Source: Bacteroidota bacterium (lineage in GTDB: Bacteria > Bacteroidota > Bacteroidia > Bacteroidales > FEN-979). Taken from it: a stretch of DNA of 58,086 bases. Each line of letters starts with the position of its first letter. The first letter of the stretch is position 1. The stretch covers positions 1 to 58,086 of the forward strand of contig JBAXBP010000002.1 of the NCBI GenBank assembly GCA_037141915.1. Reading direction: 5' to 3'. The translations under genes were made by a program, and so were the position numbers. The notes beneath the pieces are model-generated. The model did not search any database and was not told the origin of the DNA. It worked only from the letters and a program-made list of their open reading frames with translations. Below are positions 16,853 through 24,774 of this stretch, in pieces.

Positions 16853-17788
16853 TCACAGATGAAAATCAAATCCGAACGACAGTAAGTTTTCCATCCTGAG
16901 TTGTTTACTTACGTCTTCATCGTAAAACAGCCTTGTCTGGAGGCTGGTTTTAAGATAATTGTTGATCCTGTATGCAAAGAGGTTTTTCAATGTCAGATCA
17001 ACCTGTGATTTGTCGGCCTTGAACAGCAATAAATCGCAATTCCATTGAAGTCTGTTACCTATTTCACGGTCGACAAGCAGGTGCATGCTTAGCCCGTATT
17101 CGATGTGCTTTCTCTGTCCCTTTTCCACTCCGTAAAATGAATCACGGCCTGTTTTATCAAAAATGCCCTGATCGAGCAGCCAGGTCAGTTTAGCTGAACT
17201 GAGGCCGATATCGATTATCCCGGTTTTTTTCAGTTCGAAGCCAAGGCCGCCCGAGAAGGTGCAGACCAGTGGGGTGAGAAAAGATGAATTTATTGTCCTG
17301 GTAACTGAACCTCCCGCTCCCGCCGTGGCATCCCAGGCATTAAATATCCTTGTTGTAAGAATGGAAGACAGCATGAGCCTTAAACCATGATCCAGGGTAT
17401 AGCTGATCCTGGTAGTAAGCGTATTTTCGTCGGTCTGGAACTTAGAGATGCTGTCAAGATAATAAACAAGCCCGAGGTTGTGAACAAGATCGTTGGTGAT
17501 CTGAACCCGTTTCGAAATAATGCTGATCTTGTATTTTATGCTTTGGAGGAAGGCCAACTGGCCGGCGGTTTTATCGTCCTTGCCGTTAATGCTGGAATAG
17601 GCTGTTGCTGAAATACTGTAATCGAATTCATCGTGGAGGCTGAATCGACCTGGCAATGCCGGGAATTTTGGCCTGAACACCAGCGAATGGCCCGAATTAT
17701 CCCAGTTCAGGCCCTGGGCATCAAGTGACGCCGGAATCAGACATGCTGCAAACAGGCAGCCCAGGAATACCATTTTCCCCATTGCCAT
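16853..17788 (-). CDS. Putative outer-membrane beta-barrel protein (possibly DUF3078-like)
   Basis: Signal peptide MVFLGCLFAACLIPASLDAQG and an alternating amphipathic pattern throughout. No catalytic motif was recognised, and the family name is a recollection. Confidence 0.5.
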   Translation of the reverse strand: MAMGKMVFLGCLFAACLIPASLDAQGLNWDNSGHSLVFRPKFPALPGRFSLHDEFDYSISATAYSSINGKDDKTAGQLAFLQSIKYKISIISKRVQITNDLVHNLGLVYYLDSISKFQTDENTLTTRISYTLDHGLRLMLSSILTTRIFNAWDATAGAGGSVTRTINSSFLTPLVCTFSGGLGFELKKTGIIDIGLSSAKLTWLLDQGIFDKTGRDSFYGVEKGQRKHIEYGLSMHLLVDREIGNRLQWNCDLLLFKADKSQVDLTLKNLFAYRINNYLKTSLQTRLFYDEDVSKQLRMENLLSFGFDFHL

Positions 17789-17817
17789 TCAGTGATTGGT
17801 TATGCCTGAACGACCTC

Positions 17818-18435
17818 TTATCGTGTTTTTGTTTCAGTCCTTATTAATTTCCCCGAAGCATTCCAGAAATCAAGGATGTCCATATCGACAAACAATACAT
17901 TCACTTTCCCCGACTGAGCAGGCTGCGATTTAAACGCGGAAGCTGCAATGCAAAAACTTGATTCATTAAATTTGCCCATGAATTTTGCCCAGAAAATAAC
18001 GCAGGTGAAAGCATATTTTGAAGGATCAAGATCTACCTTCTCCCCTATAGGCATCAGGTCCTTTTTCAGCCTGCCGAAAGTTGTCAATGAGTCGATCCTG
18101 CATGACTGGCTGATTTTCAGGTTCCCTGCAAAATCAGTCTCAACCCCCGAGCAGAATGTTGAATCCTGTGTGATGATGCGGTAACCTGCTGAATTATAAA
18201 ACTGGGACCTCCCGGGGAGGTTTTTGTTTTTGCACCAGTCTACCAGGCCTGCAGAATCCCTGAATACACATAAGTATGAGGGATAGGCAGGGGAATACAG
18301 ATCCAGGTCATGCCTCACCGATTCAACTGTTTCTATCTGAGGATCTTTGACAGCGTATTTTCTCATCATTGCCGGTTTGCAGGCAAACAGTCCTGCCAAA
18401 ATGAGGGCAGGCAAAACAAACTTCATTCTTTTCAT
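17818..18435 (-). CDS. Hypothetical lipoprotein
   Basis: Lipobox LAGLFAC after MKRMKFVLPALI, with 8 further Cys residues. No family was recognised. Confidence 0.55.
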   Translation of the reverse strand: MKRMKFVLPALILAGLFACKPAMMRKYAVKDPQIETVESVRHDLDLYSPAYPSYLCVFRDSAGLVDWCKNKNLPGRSQFYNSAGYRIITQDSTFCSGVETDFAGNLKISQSCRIDSLTTFGRLKKDLMPIGEKVDLDPSKYAFTCVIFWAKFMGKFNESSFCIAASAFKSQPAQSGKVNVLFVDMDILDFWNASGKLIRTETKTR

Positions 18436-18487
18436 AATCTGGTTGATTTTTTAGAAGAAAGAAAAGGTATTTTGTTTTTATAAGGGA

Positions 18488-18515
18488 TGCCGGGAATACA
18501 AATGAAATCCCGGCA
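18488..18515 (-). terminator. Hairpin TGCCGGGA-12 nt-TCCCGGCA downstream of the 163-aa gene
   Basis: Perfect 8-bp GC-rich stem located 48 nt after the stop at 18563. No clear U-tract follows. Confidence 0.4.
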
Positions 18516-18562
18516 CCCCCTGACCTTAACATCTGTTGAAAAATGCAGCACCCGGCTGATTA

Positions 18563-19054
18563 TTATATCGGGAAAGTAACCAGGTAAGAGTGTGCGGATG
18601 CATCATACACAACAGTATACGATCCCGATTTAATGGTGACCTGGCTGAGCGTTCCGAGTTTCCTGGCTACAGGTTCTGAGAACGTATAAGGATCTTCAAA
18701 CGCCAGGGTTCCGCTTCTAAAATATGGAAGGGCAAACCCGCTCTCGTATTTCTGGAGGTCTCCCTCGGAAACCATAAGTTCAAGCTGCCCTGCAGCATTG
18801 ATCCTTGCCTGTGCCTGGCACTGGCCTGAACCCGATCCTGCAGCTTTATCAGTCCCGACTTCAATATCGAAACAGATACCGAAGCCCGATTGGCACTGCA
18901 GCTTCGGGCGATGAAACGTGATAATGAGCTTGATCCAGACTGAGTAACAAGGCGATGGCCCGGGGTTAACATTTGCTGACACATATTGTCCTGCATGCAC
19001 TGCACCGGCGGCAGTAAGCATGCTTACTAAACAGATTGCAATAATTTTTTTCAT
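18563..19054 (-). CDS. Hypothetical secreted protein
   Basis: Signal peptide MKKIIAICLVSMLTAAGAVHA and four Cys residues in the first half. No family was recognised. Confidence 0.55.
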   Translation of the reverse strand: MKKIIAICLVSMLTAAGAVHAGQYVSANVNPGPSPCYSVWIKLIITFHRPKLQCQSGFGICFDIEVGTDKAAGSGSGQCQAQARINAAGQLELMVSEGDLQKYESGFALPYFRSGTLAFEDPYTFSEPVARKLGTLSQVTIKSGSYTVVYDASAHSYLVTFPI

Positions 19055-19325
19055 GGCTTTCAGATTTTATTTTTCCCTCTCCTGATGCGGGGAGAGGTTC
19101 CGCCGGCCCTTGATAAAGCGGGAAGGCCGTAATTCCCGCACATTAACACAAATCCTAACATTGAAAACGTCACTTTAGTTAACTTGTATCCACAGATCCC
19201 CCTTTCTTTTTCCTCTTAATCCGGCATAAACCTGAAAGTGATATGTTATATGAAAAAAAATATTTAATCCAATAGGAATCATTATTTTAGGATAAACGCT
19301 TGGATTTTATCTAAAAAATTTTTAG

Positions 19326-19333
19326 TATCTTTG
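19326..19333 (+). promoter_or_regulatory. -7 box TATCTTTG for glgA-like gene
   Basis: Exact match. It is only 9 nt before the TTG track start (19342) and 39 nt before ATG 19372, which favours the ATG. Confidence 0.55.
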
Positions 19334-19371
19334 CAGCGGATTTGAATCAGGATAAAAAATCAAAGGAAAAC

Positions 19372-20199
19372 ATGGAAAAAACAAAAGTTCTTTTTGTTAC
19401 ACAGGAAATCACGCCTTATCTTAAAGACAGTCATATGGGAATGATCGGGCGTTATCTTCCTCAGGGTATCCAGGAGAAAGGAAGGGAGATCCGTACATTC
19501 ATGCCCCGTTTCGGAAATATTAATGAAAGGCGAAACCAGCTGCACGAAGTCATCCGTTTATCCGGGATGAACCTTATTATAGACGAGACTGATCATCCGC
19601 TTATCATCAAAGTGGCTTCAATTCAACAGGCCAGGATGCAGATTTATTTTATTGATAATGAGGATTATTTTCAGAGAAAATATACCTTCCACGATAAAAG
19701 CAACAAATTCTTCACTGATAACGACGAAAGGGCGATCTTTTACTCAAGGGGGGTCATAGAAACAGTTAAAAAGCTGGGCTGGGGCCCCGATATCATTCAC
19801 TGCCACGGATGGATGACAAGCCTCGTTCCTCTGTATATCAAAAAAGCTTATTACGAAAACCCCCTGTTTACCGACACCAAGATCATTATTTCGCTTTATG
19901 ATGATGATTTTACAGAGGTCATGAACAAGAATTTCGCAGAGAAAGTCAAACTTGACGGAATAAATGCCAAGGACCTTAAACACTATAAGACGGCAAACTT
20001 CGTTAATCTTATGAAATCAGCGATAGATTTCGCAGATGGCGTTATAATAGGATCGCCTTCTGTTAATAAGGAAATTATGGACTACCTGAAAAATACCGAT
20101 AAACCTTTCCTGAAGTTTCAGCCAATGGACAGGTATATTGACGCATTTTCTGATTTCTATGATGAGATCCTTGTCGCTGAGCCGGTTTCAGTTGATTAA
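19372..20199 (+). CDS. glgA: Short glycogen/starch synthase-like protein (N-terminal GT5 domain only)
   Basis: KVLFVTQEITPY...GRYLPQ...IIHCHGWMTSLVPLY matches the N-terminal half of glycogen synthases. At about 275 aa it is the short Bacteroidota form. Confidence 0.7.
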   Translation: MEKTKVLFVTQEITPYLKDSHMGMIGRYLPQGIQEKGREIRTFMPRFGNINERRNQLHEVIRLSGMNLIIDETDHPLIIKVASIQQARMQIYFIDNEDYFQRKYTFHDKSNKFFTDNDERAIFYSRGVIETVKKLGWGPDIIHCHGWMTSLVPLYIKKAYYENPLFTDTKIIISLYDDDFTEVMNKNFAEKVKLDGINAKDLKHYKTANFVNLMKSAIDFADGVIIGSPSVNKEIMDYLKNTDKPFLKFQPMDRYIDAFSDFYDEILVAEPVSVD

Positions 20200-20219
20200 C
20201 CAAAAGATCCGATAAGCCA

Positions 20220-21566
20220 TTGAAGTCAAAACTCCGTTATCTTCTGCCAGCACTCGTCCTGCTTTGCCTGAGCGTTCTGGTTAATTATTCTTGCAAGAAA
20301 GATCCATACCAGGTAGGTCTTGACCTGCTGCCCCCAAGCGACACCCTGAAAATAAAATCAACCGATACCTGTACGGTCATTGCTTACACTGAACGCGTTG
20401 ATTCTGTTGCAACCAGCAACTGTTCGGAGTTGTCACTCGGAAGCATTGCCGATCCGGTATTCGGCAACTCAACCATAAGTCTTTATACACAACTACAGCC
20501 TTCCTCCACCTCGGTAGATTTTGGCACAGCCCCTGCAGTTGATTCACTTATCCTGATGCTTTATTATTCGGGCTACTACGGTGATACTACAACCCAGCAA
20601 AAGATCAGGGTATATGAAGTGGCACAGGACATGCGCCTCGATTCGGGATATTATTCCAACAGGCAGATGCAGGTCAATCCGACCCTGCTGGCTGACCTTT
20701 CATTTAAGCCTCATCCAAAAGACAGCGTTAAAATTAAGGGCAATATGTATTCTGCTCACATCAGGCTGAACCTGAGCAAGTATTCAAATTATTTTGCGAA
20801 TAAATTATTGTACGGCCCGCCTTCGGTTTATTCCACAACCGCTATGTTCAGTACATTTATGAAAGGTTTGTATATAGAAACCGAAGCGGTGAACTCCGGA
20901 GGGGCATTGCTGCATTTCGACATCTCGTCAAGCATGTCAAAAATGTTGATGTATTTCCATAACTCAGCTGCCGACTCACTCGCCTATTCCTACCTTCTGA
21001 ATTCAACCTGTGCCAGGTTCCTTCATATAGATCATTTCAATTATTTCAATGCTGCCCAGGATCTTAAACAGCAAATTATTAACAGGGACACCCTGCTTGG
21101 TAAAAATATGCTTTATCTCCAGGGGCTTGGAGGTACAAGGATCAGGTTCCGCATGCCTTATATCATGAATTTTTCAAAGAACAGGAAGGTTGCAATTAAC
21201 GATGCGTTATTGCAGTTCAACAATGCTTCTACCGACACTACCCTGAAACCACCCCCTCTCCTGATCTGTATCCGCGACAGTGCCGGCCTGATAGGCTCGG
21301 TTATCGACGAACTTGAAGGCACATCATACTTCGGCGGGTCTTACAATAAGTCCTCCGGTTCATATTTCTTCAGGCTTACTCGCCATATACAGAAACTTAT
21401 TACGGGATATTATCCAATAAACCGGGATCTGTTTATCCAGGTAAATGATCCCCTGAAGAATATTATATATCCCAACCGTGTCACCATCAATGGTTATAAA
21501 CCATTATTACCTGGCGCACAACCTTCAAGGTTCAGGTTGCTTATAACCTACACACTGCTCAATTAA
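20220..21566 (+). CDS. Lipoprotein, DUF4270-like
   Basis: The TTG start is needed to keep signal/lipobox MKSKLRYLLPALVLLCLSVLVNYSC. I recall that glgA-DUF4270 pairing is common in Bacteroidota; this was not verified here. Confidence 0.5.
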   Translation: MKSKLRYLLPALVLLCLSVLVNYSCKKDPYQVGLDLLPPSDTLKIKSTDTCTVIAYTERVDSVATSNCSELSLGSIADPVFGNSTISLYTQLQPSSTSVDFGTAPAVDSLILMLYYSGYYGDTTTQQKIRVYEVAQDMRLDSGYYSNRQMQVNPTLLADLSFKPHPKDSVKIKGNMYSAHIRLNLSKYSNYFANKLLYGPPSVYSTTAMFSTFMKGLYIETEAVNSGGALLHFDISSSMSKMLMYFHNSAADSLAYSYLLNSTCARFLHIDHFNYFNAAQDLKQQIINRDTLLGKNMLYLQGLGGTRIRFRMPYIMNFSKNRKVAINDALLQFNNASTDTTLKPPPLLICIRDSAGLIGSVIDELEGTSYFGGSYNKSSGSYFFRLTRHIQKLITGYYPINRDLFIQVNDPLKNIIYPNRVTINGYKPLLPGAQPSRFRLLITYTLLN

Positions 21567-21584
21567 GTTCTTTCTATTATTTAT

Positions 21585-21592
21585 TATCTTTG
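21585..21592 (+). promoter_or_regulatory. -7 box TATCTTTG for glmS
   Basis: Exact match, 20 nt upstream of ATG 21612. Confidence 0.55.
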
Positions 21593-21611
21593 AACTTTAA
21601 ATGGTTTTGTT

Positions 21612-23450
21612 ATGTGCGGAATTGTAGCATATGTCGGCCCTAAACAAGCCTACCCTATACTTATTAAAGGCTTGCGCAGGCTTGAATACAGAGGATATGA
21701 CAGTGCCGGTGTTTGCCTGCTGAACAGCGAGTTGAAAGTTTGGAAATGCAAGGGTAAAGTTTCGGAACTGGAAAAATATATTGAAGGCCAGGACCTGGGA
21801 GGTACCATCGGAATGGCACACACCCGCTGGGCCACTCACGGGGAACCCAACCAGGTCAATGCCCATCCCCACTACTCCCAGAGCAAGCATCTCTCGATCA
21901 TCCATAACGGGATCATTGAGAACTATCTTGTCCTCCGCAAGGAATTACTGCAAAGAGGCTTTGAATTTACAAGCGATACCGATACCGAGGTCCTTATACA
22001 CCTTATTGAAGATATTCAGCATAACGAAAACGTCAGTGTTGAAGAAGCAGTACGTATCGCCCTCACCCAGGTTATAGGAGCTTATGCCATAGTTGTTCTT
22101 TCACAGGATCATCCCGATATGATCATAGCCGCACGCAAGGGCAGCCCTATGGTCATCGGTATCGGGGAGGATGAGTTTTTCGTCGCCTCCGACGCTACTC
22201 CCATCATTGAATATACCGATAACGTGGTTTTCATGAACGACGAGGAGATCGCCGTGATGGAACGGCACAAGGAGCTGAAAATGAAGACTATCCGCAACCA
22301 GGCAAGGACACCCTATATCCAGAAACTGGAGATGAGCCTGACTGCCATTGAAAAAGGCGGGTTTCCTCATTTCATGTTAAAGGAGATCTTTGAACAGCCT
22401 CATTCCATTGAGGATTCCATGCGCGGCCGCCTGCACCTTGACCAGGATTGCGTGACTCTCGGCGGTATCAGTGATTTCCTTCCAAAGATTCTCAATGCCG
22501 ACCGCATCATCATAACCGCATGCGGAACATCCTGGCATGCCGGCCTTGTCGGGGAATACATCATCGAAGACCTCGCCCGCATCCCTGTCGAGGTTGAATA
22601 CTCTTCCGAATTCCGATACCGGAACCCGGTGATCGGCGAAAAAGACGTTATTATCGCAATATCCCAGTCAGGGGAAACCGCTGATACACTGGCAGCCATT
22701 GAACTGGCAAAGTCGAAAGGGGCTACTGTACTGGGGATCTGCAATGTAGTCGGGTCATCCATTGCCCGGGCAACTCACGCAGGGGTTTACACCCATGCCG
22801 GGCCTGAGATCGGAGTCGCATCCACCAAGGCATTTACTGCACAGGTTGTTGTGCTTACCCTGATAGGCCTGCTGCTTGCCGAGAAGAAAGGCAGCATCCC
22901 TGAATCCCAGCTCCACAAGCTAAGGTTTGAACTCGGACTGATCCCGTCTAAAGTTGAAAAAATATTGCAGCGGGCCGATGCCATTAAAAAAATTGCAACT
23001 ATATATCAAGACAGCACGAATGCCCTGTATCTTGGCCGCGGCTATAATTTCCCTGTCGCTCTTGAAGGAGCCCTTAAACTCAAGGAAATTTCATATATCC
23101 ACGCCGAAGGATATCCTGCCGCCGAAATGAAACACGGCCCCATTGCGTTGATTGATAAGAACATGCCTGTATTGTTCATTGCCCCAAAACATGGGATCTA
23201 CGAAAAAGTGATCACGAACATTGAGGAAGTGAGAGCCCGCAAAGGCAACATCATCGCAATCATCACCGAAGGAGATGAAAGTGTACGCAAACTGGCCGAT
23301 CAGTTTATCGAAATCCCCGACACCGCTGAAATGCTGGTGCCTCTGCTGGCGACAATCCCGCTTCAGCTTTTATCATATTACGTTGCCGTTATGCGTGGCT
23401 GCAACGTAGACCAGCCGCGTAACCTTGCCAAGAGCGTCACGGTGGAGTAG
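21612..23450 (+). CDS. glmS: Glutamine--fructose-6-phosphate aminotransferase
   Basis: N-terminal MCGIVAYVG (Ntn Cys), two SIS domains, and C-terminal NLAKSVTVE. Confidence 0.95.
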   Translation: MCGIVAYVGPKQAYPILIKGLRRLEYRGYDSAGVCLLNSELKVWKCKGKVSELEKYIEGQDLGGTIGMAHTRWATHGEPNQVNAHPHYSQSKHLSIIHNGIIENYLVLRKELLQRGFEFTSDTDTEVLIHLIEDIQHNENVSVEEAVRIALTQVIGAYAIVVLSQDHPDMIIAARKGSPMVIGIGEDEFFVASDATPIIEYTDNVVFMNDEEIAVMERHKELKMKTIRNQARTPYIQKLEMSLTAIEKGGFPHFMLKEIFEQPHSIEDSMRGRLHLDQDCVTLGGISDFLPKILNADRIIITACGTSWHAGLVGEYIIEDLARIPVEVEYSSEFRYRNPVIGEKDVIIAISQSGETADTLAAIELAKSKGATVLGICNVVGSSIARATHAGVYTHAGPEIGVASTKAFTAQVVVLTLIGLLLAEKKGSIPESQLHKLRFELGLIPSKVEKILQRADAIKKIATIYQDSTNALYLGRGYNFPVALEGALKLKEISYIHAEGYPAAEMKHGPIALIDKNMPVLFIAPKHGIYEKVITNIEEVRARKGNIIAIITEGDESVRKLADQFIEIPDTAEMLVPLLATIPLQLLSYYVAVMRGCNVDQPRNLAKSVTVE

Positions 23451-23510
23451 TATGGAATGCGGGTAACAAGAAGAAATATCAGGCGGTAAAAGGCACCTCC
23501 AAAATCAAAT

Positions 23511-23963
23511 TTATCCTTCTTTTCTTTTACCCTTTACAGCATATGAGATTGAATAAATTTCACTATGGATGTATATACTGTACCCGAATTTAAAGTTGAC
23601 ATTTCCTGTACCATCAAAATTCCCTGAGAAAAAACCTGTGGGATAATAGTCCTTTACAAAGGAAGGATAGGTAATAATACCATTGGAGTCAACATCAGGG
23701 GAGATTGAAAAGATGTACATTATCTGGTATGGTAAGAATTCCATTTCCCATCGTTTGAAAAAATCATCATAATACACATAACCATCATACAGAATTGTAG
23801 TGTCAGGGGAACCTGTGTTTTTGATGAAGGTGGAAAAAGAATAATACCCGGTATATTCAACCTTCGGGACGACAGTATTTTGTGAGTTGTCCTTCTTACA
23901 TCCAAATATGAATGTCAACGTGATAAGGATAACAACCCGGCAAAAAACAGCTGTGTATTTCAT
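23511..23963 (-). CDS. Hypothetical lipoprotein
   Basis: Lipobox TFIFGC after a hydrophobic N-terminus, and a Tyr-rich mature part. No family was recognised. Confidence 0.5.
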   Translation of the reverse strand: MKYTAVFCRVVILITLTFIFGCKKDNSQNTVVPKVEYTGYYSFSTFIKNTGSPDTTILYDGYVYYDDFFKRWEMEFLPYQIMYIFSISPDVDSNGIITYPSFVKDYYPTGFFSGNFDGTGNVNFKFGYSIYIHSEIYSISYAVKGKRKEG

Positions 23964-23980
23964 AATGAAATGTCCTCTCC

Positions 23981-24008
23981 CGGTTCACGGTTCACGGTTC
24001 ACGGTTCA
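23981..24008. repeat. Perfect heptamer tandem array (CGGTTCA)x4
   Basis: Four identical units. On the minus strand the array reads (GTGAACC)n and starts 3 nt after the sodB TAG. Confidence 0.9.
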
Positions 24009-24011
24009 CGG

Positions 24012-24587
24012 CTAAAGCCTGGATGCAACCGCAGCCCAGTCGACCAGCTTCCAGAAGTCAGCTATATAGTCGGGACGGGCATTACGTTTGTCGATGTAAT
24101 AAGCATGTTCCCAGACGTCACAGGTGAGGATTGGCTTTGCACCTCCCTTCAGGGGATTGCCTGCATTGCTCTCCTGGACGATTTCCAGGGTGCCGTTTTC
24201 TTTTTTCACCAGCCAGGCCCAGCCTGAACCGAACAGGGTTGCAGCTGCGGTTGAGAATTTATCCCTGAAATCGCTGAAAGAACCGAAATTCTTTACAATG
24301 GCTTCTGCCATCGCTCCTGAAGGTTCACCACCTCCCTGGGGTTTAAGGCAGTTCCAGTAAAAGGTATGGTTCCAAACCTGGGCCCCATTATTGAAAATAC
24401 CGCCGGATGCCTTGCGGATAATGTCTTCAAGTGAAGAGTTCTCGAATTCAGTCCCGGCGACCAGCTTGTTCAGGTTGTTTACATAAGCCTGGTGATGCTT
24501 TCCATAATGGTACTCAATGGTGGTTTTTGAGATATAAGGTTCCAATGCATCCCATGCATACGGAAGTTTAGGCAATTCATGTGTCAT
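24012..24587 (-). CDS. sodB: Fe/Mn superoxide dismutase
   Basis: LPYAWDALEPYIS, HYGKHH, AQVWNHTFYW and DVWEHAYY. Confidence 0.93.
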   Translation of the reverse strand: MTHELPKLPYAWDALEPYISKTTIEYHYGKHHQAYVNNLNKLVAGTEFENSSLEDIIRKASGGIFNNGAQVWNHTFYWNCLKPQGGGEPSGAMAEAIVKNFGSFSDFRDKFSTAAATLFGSGWAWLVKKENGTLEIVQESNAGNPLKGGAKPILTCDVWEHAYYIDKRNARPDYIADFWKLVDWAAVASRL

Positions 24588-24614
24588 AATGATTGATTTT
24601 TAAGTTTTCAATTG

Positions 24615-24622
24615 CAAAGATA
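24615..24622 (-). promoter_or_regulatory. -7 box TATCTTTG for sodB
   Basis: Plus strand reads CAAAGATA, 28 nt upstream of ATG 24587. Confidence 0.5.
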
Positions 24623-24697
24623 ATAAGTCCCGGGCGGGAAATAAAATTATTTAGAATGATTCTTATTCGCCGTGATGAACATGACGAATGATCAAGG

Positions 24698-24739
24698 GTT
24701 ATGAGTTATGGGTATAACTTATCACACATAACTCATAAC
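24698..24739 (-). terminator. Hairpin with perfect 13-bp stem GTTATGAGTTATG / CATAACTCATAAC, built from inverted heptamers
   Basis: Stem arms are 24698-24710 and 24727-24739 with a 16-nt loop. It lies 36 nt downstream of the S41 peptidase stop at 24775. Confidence 0.55.
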
Positions 24740-24774
24740 GAATCACCTGGAGGGCGCCATTACGCCCGTCACGA

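Noticed and set aside
13888-16899. A series of 80-198-aa plus-strand ORFs (13888-14385, 14416-14763, 15569-16030, 16303-16899 and others).
   Set aside because: All are antisense to the continuous 1077-aa oxidoreductase reading frame, and none has recognisable motifs.
18323-19005. Overlapping minus-strand ORFs 18323-18532 and 18667-19005.
   Set aside because: They are out-of-frame overlaps of the lipoprotein and secreted-protein genes, or they cross the intergenic hairpin. They have no signal peptides or motifs.
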